IMG/VR virus record: IMGVR_UViG_3300043432_000484
Coordinates: 32,001 to 96,000 of that record
Strand: one strand, 5' to 3'
From: a virus
Taxonomy: Duplodnaviria; Caudoviricetes
DNA: 64,000 nucleotides
In this document: one piece after another, positions 20,481 to 32,696 of the stretch
Layout: the number at the start of each line of letters is the position of its first letter
Numbering within the stretch: position 1 is the first letter of the stretch
Notes under the pieces: model-generated
Database searches by the model: none
What the model saw: the letters and a program-made list of their open reading frames with translations, nothing else
Told to the model about the DNA's origin: nothing
Program-made: the position numbers and the translations under genes

Positions 20481-21446
20481 CTATTGAGCTATGGACAGAA
20501 TGGTCAGCTCGACCATTGTCCTCTTGGAGAGTGAGCCAGTTTTTACATATGCGTCTAGTTTACATAGCTGTCTCATGTGGCCCACTAGCGACTTGACGTC
20601 ATGCTTGCGTGCAACCTGTCCAGACAACGACTTCTTGTAGTGCCACGGGTTCATGTCGATCAACGATGGGATGTCATCATCGCTGGTTCCCTTGTCCTGC
20701 AGCGTTCGAATCACGAGAGTTCGCTCGACCTGCTTCATCAGAGCGTTTAACACCGGAACACAGGCCTTTTGCTCCCCAACGTTGCCATATAGGATCGAGA
20801 ACAGGTTGATCGCCTTGGTCGCGTTCTTCCTGATCGCTTCTTCAGCAATCATCGAAGGCTCAGCTTGCGGCGTGCGGGTGGTCACCAACAGCACGTGCTC
20901 TTTGGTGATCGAGTGCGCCCGTCCAACGTAGATGGCCAGCTTACGCACTTCATTGGCTAGACGATACAAGTCTGGACCAACGAACTCTGCAAGCAGGGTG
21001 GCCACCTCCTTCGAGATATTCACGTGATTGAGAGCTGCCTCCGACACCACGAAATCAATGTAAGTGTCGGTTGCCCACGGCTTAGGCTTCTTGTGCTCGA
21101 ACGTGGTCCCCTTGTTATCCGGGAGCTGCCATACCGCTGGAAGCTTGGTGCCCCGCACAATGGCAAGTAGGATCAGGGATTGATCACGATTGTCTCTTGC
21201 GGCTATGAATGCCTTCAGGTCGTCAGCCCCCTTCAACTCCTGAGCGTTGTCCAAGATGATGGTACGCGGAGCCTCTTCGTAGGCTTCACAATGCGCGACT
21301 AGAGCGACGTCTGTAAGGCCCTCCCCATCCAAGCGAACAATCTTACGCTTACCCTGGCACGCCTTCTCGATCACGCGATCGAGGTGGAAGTCCTCAGCTC
21401 CATACGCAACTTTGAACGGCTTAAATGTCGATTCCTTCGGGGCCAT
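20481..21446 (-). CDS. holA: DNA polymerase III delta subunit
   Basis: YGAEDF, VGPDLYRLANEVRKLAIY, LCKLDAYVKTG. Confidence 0.85.
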   Translation of the reverse strand: MAPKESTFKPFKVAYGAEDFHLDRVIEKACQGKRKIVRLDGEGLTDVALVAHCEAYEEAPRTIILDNAQELKGADDLKAFIAARDNRDQSLILLAIVRGTKLPAVWQLPDNKGTTFEHKKPKPWATDTYIDFVVSEAALNHVNISKEVATLLAEFVGPDLYRLANEVRKLAIYVGRAHSITKEHVLLVTTRTPQAEPSMIAEEAIRKNATKAINLFSILYGNVGEQKACVPVLNALMKQVERTLVIRTLQDKGTSDDDIPSLIDMNPWHYKKSLSGQVARKHDVKSLVGHMRQLCKLDAYVKTGSLSKRTMVELTILSIAQ

Positions 21447-21458
21447 AGCTCTCTTGGT

Positions 21459-22409
21459 TCAGATGAAGGTTTCGGCAAGGATGGTTTTGGTCTGGAACCC
21501 TAGATTCAGGGTGGTGGCACGCGCTTGTACGCGTAGAGCATCTAGTCTCCTAGAGAGGGAAATCCATGTTCTGATGGGTGCGCGATTGCTCAGTAGAGCA
21601 AGGTCCTTGCTCAGATCCACGTTGATGACCCTCATGGGATCAAGCTGCACGATAAGTACATCGTGCAGCAGTTGAGTGAGGAACGTCAGCCCCAACTTCA
21701 GTTCCTTCTCCATCGCGTTGATTGAAGTGAATGCGCCTAGCAAGTCCTTCTCCAAGGCCATCTGGAGGATCCTGAACGATTGATCTCGGGTAGAGAGTTT
21801 GCCGTACTTGCAGTAGTGCAAAGCCCTCCCCGCAGATCCCTCACCCATTCGTGAATAGACAAGAGCTTTATCCTCGTCCCGCTCGTGCTTCGAGACGACC
21901 GACTTCACGAACTCCTCAGGCAAGAGGTGGTAGCGAACCACGCCGCAGCGCGATTTGATCGTGGGCAGTACTTTTCCCTGATCCTCCGCCAACAAAAAGA
22001 AGCGCGTGCTAGCCGGGGGCTCCTCCAGCGTCTTCAGGAAGGCGTTGGCAGCCGGCAATGTGAAATGATCTACACCATCAATCACCACGCATCGGATGTC
22101 TGCCGCCGAAGGAAACTGCCGAGCCTCTTCTATGACCTCTCGGACTGCATCGATCCCAATTTCCTTCTGGGATGCATCTACAAGCATCACGTCCGGGTGA
22201 CGCCCGTTTCTGATCTGGTAGCATGACGCGCAGGCACATGTGACATCCTTGGTGCCTACGCAAAACTTCTCACGCATCGCACAGAGTACTGAAAACTTTC
22301 GACCTGTGCCTTCAGGACCCAGCAAAAGGAGCGGAGATACCTGGGAGCCCTCAACTACCTTCCTGAGCAGTGCGGTCCCCTCCGCTTGGTGCTGAACCTC
22401 CTTGAGCAT
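21459..22409 (-). CDS. holB: DNA polymerase III delta-prime subunit
   Basis: GPEGTGR, C..CACASC, HPD, AANAFLKTLEEPP, TIKSRC. Confidence 0.92.
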   Translation of the reverse strand: MLKEVQHQAEGTALLRKVVEGSQVSPLLLLGPEGTGRKFSVLCAMREKFCVGTKDVTCACASCYQIRNGRHPDVMLVDASQKEIGIDAVREVIEEARQFPSAADIRCVVIDGVDHFTLPAANAFLKTLEEPPASTRFFLLAEDQGKVLPTIKSRCGVVRYHLLPEEFVKSVVSKHERDEDKALVYSRMGEGSAGRALHYCKYGKLSTRDQSFRILQMALEKDLLGAFTSINAMEKELKLGLTFLTQLLHDVLIVQLDPMRVINVDLSKDLALLSNRAPIRTWISLSRRLDALRVQARATTLNLGFQTKTILAETFI

Positions 22410-22575
22410 CCGATTCCAGTAACCCTTCCGCCCTGGTGATTGAGGGCACGGCTACCAACTGCAATACAGCCAAGAAGTTTTGGCCGCACTCTTTGCAGAT
22501 GTGCCGATGGACCTCTACACCACTGGGTAAGAGCTGCCCTCGACATTGCAAGCAACGGATGAAATCGTGGCTCAC
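22351..22575 (-). CDS. Small Zn-ribbon protein
   Basis: CLQC...CKEC. Confidence 0.5.
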   Translation of the reverse strand: MSHDFIRCLQCRGQLLPSGVEVHRHICKECGQNFLAVLQLVAVPSITRAEGLLESDAQGGSAPSGGDRTAQEGS

Positions 22576-22784
22576 AGCTCGAATGCACCGCCCAAGGACA
22601 CTCCGTGCGTGCGCTTGCATACGCAGCACTGGTAAAGGCGATGCCCAGGGCTCATCCCTTCCAACTTGAGTTCAATAGCCAAGATCGAACTGCACGTTGG
22701 GTTCTTGCACCGGATGTGGACTTTGGGAGGCTCTTCCGTCTTCGGGGTAAGGCCTGGGGCTGTTCCTGCGGGATCAATTGGCAT
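22572..22784 (-). CDS. Small Zn-ribbon protein
   Basis: CKNPTC...CCVC. Confidence 0.55.
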   Translation of the reverse strand: MPIDPAGTAPGLTPKTEEPPKVHIRCKNPTCSSILAIELKLEGMSPGHRLYQCCVCKRTHGVSLGGAFEL

Positions 22785-22785
22785 G

Positions 22786-23370
22786 TCACACCTGAGAGGT
22801 TGGATAGTCGGTCGGAAACAGCTGCTGCAGAATTCTGACCAGACGGTTATAAGGCTCGAAGCTATCATACCCATCGATGCGTTGCTCTGGAGGCGACACC
22901 GGCACCGGAGGGGTGTTGGGGAACGTGCCCATGGAGTAGGCAGTGGGCTGTTCCGAAGTCAGATTAGTGAGAGGCAGCAGTCTCTGAATTCTGCTGTACT
23001 CATCAAAGGGAAAGCGGTCAAGAAATGACCGTAGACCACGTCCCGGATTTTGAGGAGGCGGCTGCATCAACCGTTGAGGTTGTGGGGAGGGCACCAAGGC
23101 GGGAGGATTGGCGGGAGGGATCACAGGAGTGAAGTCCCCGGACCCGTAGCGAAGGAAGGGGAAGATTTTCCTCCAGTCATCCCCTCGAACCACCACCGAA
23201 TAGAATCCAGCCCTCACGAACTCAACATAGGGAGTATCGTGAGACATCCCTGACAGGACTCTCGCTCGCCCCGACAGGGAATCTACGATCGCCTGCGCAA
23301 CTCTAGGCGCATCTGAATAGAGCAGGTTGGCCAGTCTTTGACCACCCACCTGCTGTAATCTGGAGTCCAT
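22786..23370 (-). CDS. Hypothetical Pro-rich protein
   Basis: ORF tiling. Confidence 0.55.
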   Translation of the reverse strand: MDSRLQQVGGQRLANLLYSDAPRVAQAIVDSLSGRARVLSGMSHDTPYVEFVRAGFYSVVVRGDDWRKIFPFLRYGSGDFTPVIPPANPPALVPSPQPQRLMQPPPQNPGRGLRSFLDRFPFDEYSRIQRLLPLTNLTSEQPTAYSMGTFPNTPPVPVSPPEQRIDGYDSFEPYNRLVRILQQLFPTDYPTSQV

Positions 23371-23394
23371 TACCAGAGACGTTAAACAAAGGCC

Positions 23395-25402
<2,008 letters not shown>

Positions 25403-25403
<1 letters not shown>

Positions 25404-25603
25404 TACTTGTCTCCTTTGCTGGAGCTACCATAGCCATCCGAGTACCATCCGCCGCCCTTGAGGATGAAGTTACCACTGACGATCTGCCTCTTGGCCTTTG
25501 GGGCTCCGCACTTCACACAGACCTTCAGGGGCTCAGCACTGATGCGCTGCTCGACTTCAAATGACGCCCCACAAGCGTCACAGGCATAGCTATAAGTTGG
25601 CAT
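25403..25603 (-). CDS. FmdB-family Zn-ribbon protein
   Basis: MPTYSYACDACG...CVKCG...FILKGGGWY. Confidence 0.88.
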
Positions 25604-26183
25604 ATGACTCACCTCTGGAAACGGATCTTTCGTAGATCTCCCACAGCTCATCCTCAGAGAAAACGTTTGCCGAGAAAGGGCACACGGCCGGACTACCCTT
25701 GCGGCGAGCCACTCTAGCAAACTCTTTGGAAGGCTTGTCTCGTGTCAGCAGGGTGATCGTACCCTCGTCTGCCGTCACCCGATGGAAGGAGTCCCGATCC
25801 ATCTCGTAACAACCCTCATAGGTTGGTCCGGGCAGCACTGCGTGTTTTGCAATCCGCTGTAGCCGGCATGTGGACAAAAACTCTGGCTCCCCAGCCTCGC
25901 CGGGCTTGCAAGTCACTTGTGTCAGCTCGAACTCCCCGTTGGGATCAGGCACTACGGCCCACAACTCATTGATGAGCCGCCCCTGAATTACTGTCGATAG
26001 GAAGCCGTATCGATGATCGTGCACATCCTCGGGCTCTTGGGTCTGCCTCACCTGTTCTGTGTAGAGGTGCAGCCGCGGACCGAAACTCAACTTGATCTGA
26101 ATGAACCCAAGCCCAAACGCGTGGATGCTCAAGCAGTACTTGCGCAAAAAATCGACGTCTTTCCAGGTAACGTAATGATCCAC
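25590..26183 (-). CDS. Hypothetical cupin-like protein
   Basis: HDHRYGF...FHRV His pattern. Confidence 0.55.
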   Translation of the reverse strand: MDHYVTWKDVDFLRKYCLSIHAFGLGFIQIKLSFGPRLHLYTEQVRQTQEPEDVHDHRYGFLSTVIQGRLINELWAVVPDPNGEFELTQVTCKPGEAGEPEFLSTCRLQRIAKHAVLPGPTYEGCYEMDRDSFHRVTADEGTITLLTRDKPSKEFARVARRKGSPAVCPFSANVFSEDELWEIYERSVSRGESYANL

Positions 26184-26186
26184 GAT

Positions 26187-26546
26187 TCACCCCGCGTCAA
26201 AGAAGCGCTTTTCATGGGGTGAAACGATAGCCCCCTGAGCCGGCTTGATCCCTAGCTCCCCCATGGCTTCCTCGTCCCATTCGAACTTGGGTCGAAAATC
26301 TCCATCCCCGTCAGCGTAGATCGCCACCTCTCGACTGGAGCCCATCCCTCCAAGCTGCTGCATCGTCTTGAGCATGCCTAGGAACTGGCGTGCCCACCGC
26401 GCATTCATGGTGCACGTGACGCGGAATGTGATCTTGGGGTCAGTACTGGCCATGCCAGTACATACACCGATCACCGGATCCCATGCTGAGGCACTGAAAT
26501 TCATTTTCTTTCCCGGGTCAAAATAAATCCTCCCCGAGCTTGCCAT
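26187..26546 (-). CDS. Hypothetical protein
   Basis: ORF with DGDGDFRP motif; start uncertain. Confidence 0.55.
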   Translation of the reverse strand: MASSGRIYFDPGKKMNFSASAWDPVIGVCTGMASTDPKITFRVTCTMNARWARQFLGMLKTMQQLGGMGSSREVAIYADGDGDFRPKFEWDEEAMGELGIKPAQGAIVSPHEKRFFDAG

Positions 26547-26608
26547 TCAGCTCCCTGAGTAGTACATACTCTCCAATCCCTCACCCCGAGGGAAGGAGAT
26601 CAGAACAC

Positions 26609-27730
26609 ATGTTATCTAATTCAGATGGGGCCGTCCTAAACGGCCGAATCGTAAAGCCCTACTTGTTCCAGACCGCCCTAAAAGTGCGACGGCTAACCCA
26701 ATTCGTACCAGACCCCAGCCTCATGGAGGACCCCAAAGCACCCAAGACGCCAGAGCAGAAACAACTCATGGAGGTGCGCAAGGAAATCCAACGTCCCTTG
26801 GAAGGACGGAAAAAGGAAAATATGCGGTCATACGCGGACCACATCCTCTCTGGAGGTGAAACCCCTTCCATCATTCTCGCATCACTGGCCTCGTTGCCAG
26901 TCGAGACACTCCCTGTGCCAGGTGACGACATCGGAATTCAGCACGTGCAAATTCCGTACGGTATGCAGCTGGTTGCGGCGGATGGTGACACTCAGACAGC
27001 CGCCCTATACGCGGCGATGGTCGAGCGCCCCGCCATCGCAGATGACACGATCCGAATCGACATCTACCATGGACGTGATCTGGATTTCTTCAGACAGCTG
27101 TTTCATGACCTCAATAACAAGGGGGTGCGCCCATCCACAGTACTCGGACTGGGAATGGATGGCAGAGACCCTGTGGTCAGGATTTGCAGGGAAATAGAGA
27201 AGTTACCCTTCTTGACCGGCCGCCTCAACAAGAAATCGCGTCAACTAAAAAAGAAAGGTGGCGAACAGATCATCACGCTGACTGCCCTCCACACTGCCGT
27301 TCGCACGCTCCTCCTCGGTAAGCCCGGGATCGGACGGAAGGACGCACTCTCCATGGACTCGACTGAAGAGCGTCGCAACAGTGAATTGGCGTGCCTCTGG
27401 TTCGGCTCTGTCTTCGATGCGATTGGGGCAGCAATGGAAGATCGCGAGTGCTTGGCATCCGGTCCCGCTGTACTGCCAGCCATTGGGGCTGTTGGTCACC
27501 AACTTCTCAGCTTGGACCCTGCCCAACTGAAGCTGGAGGCCGCGCGTCTCGCGCTGGAGCTAAAAAGTGTGGACTGGAGACGTGGACAACACTGGGCAGG
27601 TATCGCGGGTCGCTGGGACACCGATAGAGGCACTTTGTCCACCGCTGGTGCCAAAGAGGCTTGTCACGCTGTCCTCACCGCACTCACGGACTCCAGTTCG
27701 TCAGCATACCGAGCCATCCGGCACCAGTGA
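26609..27730 (+). CDS. DndB/DGQHR-family (ParB/Srx superfamily) protein with variant motif
   Basis: IQRPL, TPSIIL, ADGDTQ in place of DGQHR, QLFHDLN. Confidence 0.7.
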   Translation: MLSNSDGAVLNGRIVKPYLFQTALKVRRLTQFVPDPSLMEDPKAPKTPEQKQLMEVRKEIQRPLEGRKKENMRSYADHILSGGETPSIILASLASLPVETLPVPGDDIGIQHVQIPYGMQLVAADGDTQTAALYAAMVERPAIADDTIRIDIYHGRDLDFFRQLFHDLNNKGVRPSTVLGLGMDGRDPVVRICREIEKLPFLTGRLNKKSRQLKKKGGEQIITLTALHTAVRTLLLGKPGIGRKDALSMDSTEERRNSELACLWFGSVFDAIGAAMEDRECLASGPAVLPAIGAVGHQLLSLDPAQLKLEAARLALELKSVDWRRGQHWAGIAGRWDTDRGTLSTAGAKEACHAVLTALTDSSSSAYRAIRHQ

Positions 27731-27734
27731 GATT

Positions 27735-28526
27735 CTACGTCTTGGTAAGGTGATACTTCCTCATCCTAATGGAGCGCTCACTCCGTCCCAGATGCAACAT
27801 TGCATCCTGGACGGGGTGGGTGCGGATGTAACTGTCCTGCTCCGGCGTCCACCAGTTCTTCGGGCCGCGTCGCTCCATCCCCTCCGGCCGGACCCACCGC
27901 ATGAGCCCGACATATGCCGCGTGCTTGCGCTCTAGCCGGAGCGCGCTACCCTCGTACAACTCACGAGACAGCTTCTGAGCATCCTCCTTGAAGACCGTCA
28001 AATTGTAGATGTGGTCCCGTCGGTTGCGGTTCGCCCTCTTGCGCTGACCGATCACACCCTCCAGGTACCCGACGTAAGCCAAAGCGATCGCCTCGCTCTT
28101 GGTGGTCAGAGACACAAAAGGCCAGCCTTTGGCGGTCAAACCCAGCGACCCGTCCCCATCGACCAAACCCCGGAAGTAGTCCCGCGGGCTGAAATCCCAG
28201 GTTGGCGGAGCCACGGTCTCCGATTTCGCCCCAACGGGCACCCCCAAGCGCTCCAGCTCTTCACGCGTCTCCCGGTCATAGAGGGTCCAAACACACGAAG
28301 CATAACCATCCTTGAAGTTGGTGTCCCGGGTGCGCTCAGACAGATGGGAATGCACCGGGAAGGCTGCTTGCAGGGCTTCCAGGATCTGGCGATCCCCGGC
28401 TTGCAGCTCCACTCGAACCTTCCCGCGATTACGAGAGTCTGAGCTGTGGTGGCCGTCGGACTGTAGGAAGCCAATGATGTAGGACAATTGAGGTGTTTCT
28501 AGGAAGTGGTGGAGCATGCCCACCAC
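27735..28526 (-). CDS. LAGLIDADG homing endonuclease
   Basis: Two motifs, YIIGFLQSDG and YFRGLVDGDG. Confidence 0.9.
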   Translation of the reverse strand: MVGMLHHFLETPQLSYIIGFLQSDGHHSSDSRNRGKVRVELQAGDRQILEALQAAFPVHSHLSERTRDTNFKDGYASCVWTLYDRETREELERLGVPVGAKSETVAPPTWDFSPRDYFRGLVDGDGSLGLTAKGWPFVSLTTKSEAIALAYVGYLEGVIGQRKRANRNRRDHIYNLTVFKEDAQKLSRELYEGSALRLERKHAAYVGLMRWVRPEGMERRGPKNWWTPEQDSYIRTHPVQDAMLHLGRSERSIRMRKYHLTKT

Positions 28527-28543
28527 TTCCTAGAAAAGGAATA

Positions 28544-29710
28544 TCACCCCTTGACGCAAAGCACCTGTTTGAGGGTTGCCACAATCTCCACCAGGTCAGA
28601 TTGATTCGCCATGACCTGATCGATGTCCTTGTAAGCCCCTGGAATCTCGTCCAGGACGGCTTGATCTTTTCGGCACTCTACTCCGGCTGTCTGCTCCGCG
28701 AGATCTTCCAGAGTGAACTTTCGCTTCGCTGCTCCCCGGGACATACGCCGTCCGGCTCCGTGGGAAGCCGAATGAAACGACTCTGGGTTGCCGAGCCCGC
28801 GAACGATGTAGGATCGCGTCCCCATTGAACCAGGGATGATTCCCAGTTCTCCGGATCGTGCCGATATGGCTCCCTTACGAGTCACCAACACATCTTCCCC
28901 GAAATGGTTCTCCTCAGAGACATAGTTGTGGTGACAGACAATGGGCTCTTCGTACTCGATCTGTGGGAACATCTTCGAGAGCACGTCTTGGGAGATCTTG
29001 AGCATGACCTCCCGGTTCGCACGTGCGTAATCTTGTGCCCACATCAAGTCATGCCGATACGCCACCATCTCCGGAGTGCCGGCAAGGAACACTGCCAAGT
29101 CCTTGTCAGGTAGGGCTTGGTTGTGTGTCAGCTTCATGGCCTTGCTGATGTGGATCTCAGCCAAGGTTTTGCCGATGTTCCGGGACCCGGAGTGAAGCAT
29201 GATCCAGACGTTCTGCTCTAAATCCAAGCAAACCTCATAAAAATGGTTCCCGGACCCGAGGGTACCCATCTGCTTACGGGCCTTCCCAACGATGTCCTGG
29301 ACGCTCTCATGCAAGTTTGGGAAGGCCTTCCACAGCTGGTGCTTGTCGGCATGCTTAGACACCTCTTCGTGCAACGAAAAGCCCACTGGCACAGCTGCTT
29401 CGATCGCTAGGCGCAACCCCTGAAGAGAGTCCGGTAGGTCCGAGGCTCGGAGGTTCGTTTTGACCGCGGCCATGCCGCAGCCGATATCTACGCCCACTGC
29501 CGCGGGAGAGATGGCGCCCTTCATGGCGATCACGGAGCCGACCGTAGCACCCTTGCCGAAGTGCACATCCGGCATGACCGCGACGTGATGGAACACCCAA
29601 GGCAATGCCGCAATGTTCTTGAGCTGCGTCAACGCTGCGCTCTCCACTTCGTGGATGTTCGTCCACAGATGGATCGGCGCGACCTTACCTTGTAGCTTGG
29701 AGATGGACAT
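28544..29710 (-). CDS. rtcB: RtcB RNA ligase
   Basis: MPDVHFG, GVDIGCGM, GTLGSGNHF, HSGSR, HHNY, PGSMG, SHGAGR, DEIPGAYK. Confidence 0.97.
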   Translation of the reverse strand: MSISKLQGKVAPIHLWTNIHEVESAALTQLKNIAALPWVFHHVAVMPDVHFGKGATVGSVIAMKGAISPAAVGVDIGCGMAAVKTNLRASDLPDSLQGLRLAIEAAVPVGFSLHEEVSKHADKHQLWKAFPNLHESVQDIVGKARKQMGTLGSGNHFYEVCLDLEQNVWIMLHSGSRNIGKTLAEIHISKAMKLTHNQALPDKDLAVFLAGTPEMVAYRHDLMWAQDYARANREVMLKISQDVLSKMFPQIEYEEPIVCHHNYVSEENHFGEDVLVTRKGAISARSGELGIIPGSMGTRSYIVRGLGNPESFHSASHGAGRRMSRGAAKRKFTLEDLAEQTAGVECRKDQAVLDEIPGAYKDIDQVMANQSDLVEIVATLKQVLCVKG

Positions 29711-29950
29711 TTATTCTTCCTCTAGCACCAGACTCGTGATCTTGGCGTACAGCCAAGGGATCTCAGGATCTCCCAAATTCTGCAGGATCCCATCTCTGGA
29801 CAACTGCTTGACGTAGATTCGATCTGACTTGGTCCTACTGAATCGTACGAATCTGAACCGCCTCCGGATAGGATCGCCCGCTCCATGCTCTGGGTAGCAA
29901 CAGGTGAACTCGCGCCCTTCTAGGCCGACAAACTCTCCACGCCTAGCCAT
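29711..29950 (-). CDS. Hypothetical protein
   Basis: ORF tiling. Confidence 0.5.
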   Translation of the reverse strand: MARRGEFVGLEGREFTCCYPEHGAGDPIRRRFRFVRFSRTKSDRIYVKQLSRDGILQNLGDPEIPWLYAKITSLVLEEE

Positions 29951-30549
29951 CAGCTCCCCAGCCCCTCCCCGACTTCCCAACGAATGAAGCGGCGGATGGT
30001 GACATTCTCACCCAACTTGGCCCCAAGTTCAATGCGGAGTTGGTCGATTGTCTTCCCCGGCTGGGTGACCGATTCCTGATCCAAGAGACAGGCCTCCTGG
30101 TACCACTTGTTCATCTTACCATCCAGGATTTTCTCCAACGCAACCCCAGTCTTACCAGCCGGGACTTGGTCCATGAAGATTGAACGCTGGTGCAGATTGA
30201 TGGCTTCCCCCACATCGGTACGGCTCAGGAAGCGTGGGGTGGAGGCCACAATGTGCATCGCCACTTCATCGCAGAACGCCTGGAACTCCGAGGTTCGGGC
30301 AGAGAAATCAGTCTCGCAATTGACCTCCACCACCGCGACCTTGGCGCCGCCGCCATGAACGTAGGTCACGACTTTACCCTCGGTTGCGATGCGTCCGGCG
30401 CGCTCCGTAGCCTTGACCATCCCGCGCTTCTGGAGCAGCTCCAACGCCTTCTCCACGTCGCCCGCGGACTCTTCCAAAGCCTTGCGGCAAGCGTCCATAC
30501 CCACACCCGAGCGGGTGCGCACTTCCTTGATTTGTTCCAGTGTGGCCAT
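29950..30549 (-). CDS. tsf: Translation elongation factor Ts (short form)
   Basis: IKEVRTRSGVGMDACRKAL, ATEG, EVNCETDF, LGENVTIRRFIRW. Confidence 0.95.
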   Translation of the reverse strand: MATLEQIKEVRTRSGVGMDACRKALEESAGDVEKALELLQKRGMVKATERAGRIATEGKVVTYVHGGGAKVAVVEVNCETDFSARTSEFQAFCDEVAMHIVASTPRFLSRTDVGEAINLHQRSIFMDQVPAGKTGVALEKILDGKMNKWYQEACLLDQESVTQPGKTIDQLRIELGAKLGENVTIRRFIRWEVGEGLGS

Positions 30550-30552
30550 ACA

Positions 30553-30765
30553 TTACCTCTGCAGGAAAAATTGCGTTCCTAACTCTGTGACCCTTACATG
30601 ACGTCGATTGCCCCACCCAGATCCGTCTCCGCGTAACCATCCTTTACGGATCAGGCCCAGCACCATGGCCTCCTCTTCTTCGGCGTACTGAACGATCAAC
30701 CCATCCCCCTGAAGGATGTAGTGCTCGGCACAGAAGGACATGAATTCGGATTCAGATTTAGGCAT
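30553..30765 (-). CDS. Small hypothetical (winged-helix-like) protein
   Basis: LIRKGWL...VTELG pattern. Confidence 0.45.
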   Translation of the reverse strand: MPKSESEFMSFCAEHYILQGDGLIVQYAEEEEAMVLGLIRKGWLRGDGSGWGNRRHVRVTELGTQFFLQR

Positions 30766-30825
30766 GAACGAAAAACGGGCGACAACCTTTCAGCTGCCGC
30801 CCGTTACACTACACCGAACCTAGGG

Positions 30826-32490
30826 TTACCAGCTCTTGGACTTCTGCTTGATCTTGCGCTTGGCCTTGGGCTTCTTTTCCGCCACAGGGGCCTCAGGAAC
30901 GGTGGTTACCGTGACCACTGGAGGAGTGGCCGGAGCAACATGCATGGCCCCACCGCCAATGAAGATCGGGTTGAGCCCCGTGTTTCCGCCAGTCCAAATG
31001 GCCTGGTTGCTCGGCCAAGAGGGCTGACCGAAAGGGTTGTTCGGATCCACGATCCAACTTGCCCCTGCTTGCCCGCCACCGATCTGCGTTGGACCTACAG
31101 TCGAAACATCTTGGATGGGTAGAGCGTCCCCAGTCCTCACGTCGTCTACCGAAAATGCGTCCGCAACGTTGGTTTGAAAAGAGTTGTTCATCGCGACGCC
31201 CAAGGATTCCAAATCCACGGCAGCGTCGGCAGAGTATGTCCCGCCAAGCCCCCGAGTTGCGCCGCGGGTAACGCTTGCACGATAGGAAGCGCTCCCCACA
31301 TAGGCATCTCTGGAACTCAAGCTGTTCCCAAGGTTGCTGGACACTGCACTCAGGCCGACCAGCCCACGTGTTTTGACACTGTCCGAGAACGTGTTCATAA
31401 CGGACGATGCCCTCATATAGTCGCCGCGCTTGGCGTGCTCATCCGCCTCCAATTGCGCTCTGACCATCTGGGCGATACCCACGATCTGATCCAGCTCCGG
31501 GTCGATCTTGGTTTGTTCTTCCCCGGACTTGACGAACTGGACCTTGGCTTTGACCTCTAGGGTCTTGCGCTCGCGCTTCAAGTTCGCGTCCATCACGTCA
31601 TATCCGATCGTGACATCGAGTACGTTCACCTCTCGGGGGAATGCGTTCTTCTGTGCTTGCAGTTTGATCGCGAGAACCAGGTGTCGAGTTTCCTCAGAAA
31701 GGATCTCTGGAAGCTTGATGGTAACATCCCCCATGTCCTCCTCATCGGCGTCCACATCTGTCACCACTTGAGTGATGCTGTGCCCTGCCAATGGGGATAC
31801 CTCGACCGTGATGTTTGTGGCGTAGGTTGAGCACAGGCCGCCCAACTCTTTGCCGAAAGCCGACAAGGCATCATCAGGGTTGCTGATGAATGCGTAGTTG
31901 CCGTTTCCGCCGTTGGCCAACCCAAGTAGCAACTCCTGGTTAGCCCCCAACCCGTAACCAAAGGCGCTCAAGCTTGCGGTTCCAATGTTGGGCTTGACCA
32001 ATGCCAGGATGTCGGGGGTCTTGACGGCGGGACCGCGGTTGGCTTCCCCATCCGTGAAGAGTATCACTCGCGTGATCACCTCATGAGCCAAATCCATCTT
32101 GTTGGCTACTTCGAATCCCATCAAGAGCGCGCTAGCGATGTTGGTGGCGTTTCCAACGTCCAACCCGAGGATCTTCCGCTTGAGTTCATCTTTGGCTTCT
32201 TTGGTGCAACGCACCGGGCGCTGCACCAGCTCAGCATCAGACGAGAAGGTGATGAGCCCGCAGTGATCCTGAGGAGTCATGTGCTCGATCAGCTTGATCA
32301 AGCTCTTCTTGGCGTACTCTAGCTTGGCCCCCATCATAGATGGGGAGACGTCCACCAGAGGAACAATGCAGAGAGGGGGTCGCTTGACTTCCTCTTGAAT
32401 GGAAGGGGCCGTGAAGCTCACGACCAGGTGGGTGTCCTTCTCCTGATCGAAGCGGACTTTGTTAGATGTGAGTTGTGCTTTAATTTCCAT
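30826..32490 (-). CDS. VWA domain protein (YfbK-like)
   Basis: MIDAS DVSPSM, ATNI, LFTDGEAN, GNYAFI. Confidence 0.88.
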   Translation of the reverse strand: MEIKAQLTSNKVRFDQEKDTHLVVSFTAPSIQEEVKRPPLCIVPLVDVSPSMMGAKLEYAKKSLIKLIEHMTPQDHCGLITFSSDAELVQRPVRCTKEAKDELKRKILGLDVGNATNIASALLMGFEVANKMDLAHEVITRVILFTDGEANRGPAVKTPDILALVKPNIGTASLSAFGYGLGANQELLLGLANGGNGNYAFISNPDDALSAFGKELGGLCSTYATNITVEVSPLAGHSITQVVTDVDADEEDMGDVTIKLPEILSEETRHLVLAIKLQAQKNAFPREVNVLDVTIGYDVMDANLKRERKTLEVKAKVQFVKSGEEQTKIDPELDQIVGIAQMVRAQLEADEHAKRGDYMRASSVMNTFSDSVKTRGLVGLSAVSSNLGNSLSSRDAYVGSASYRASVTRGATRGLGGTYSADAAVDLESLGVAMNNSFQTNVADAFSVDDVRTGDALPIQDVSTVGPTQIGGGQAGASWIVDPNNPFGQPSWPSNQAIWTGGNTGLNPIFIGGGAMHVAPATPPVVTVTTVPEAPVAEKKPKAKRKIKQKSKSW

Positions 32491-32696
32491 TGGCTTGGTA
32501 ACTTTCTCTCGTTGCCGTCTGGCTACTCGACTCAGGTGACGCAGGGCTGGACAGCCCTCAAATCACGTGAACGAACTAGCGGGTTGCAGAACGTCCTCCG
32601 CCTCCCCAAACCTATCTCTAGGCGCGATCAGCGGTACGAGAGGTCCAAACCATATGGCGCGACCTCACGCTTATACCCTATACACCAACAAAGGGA

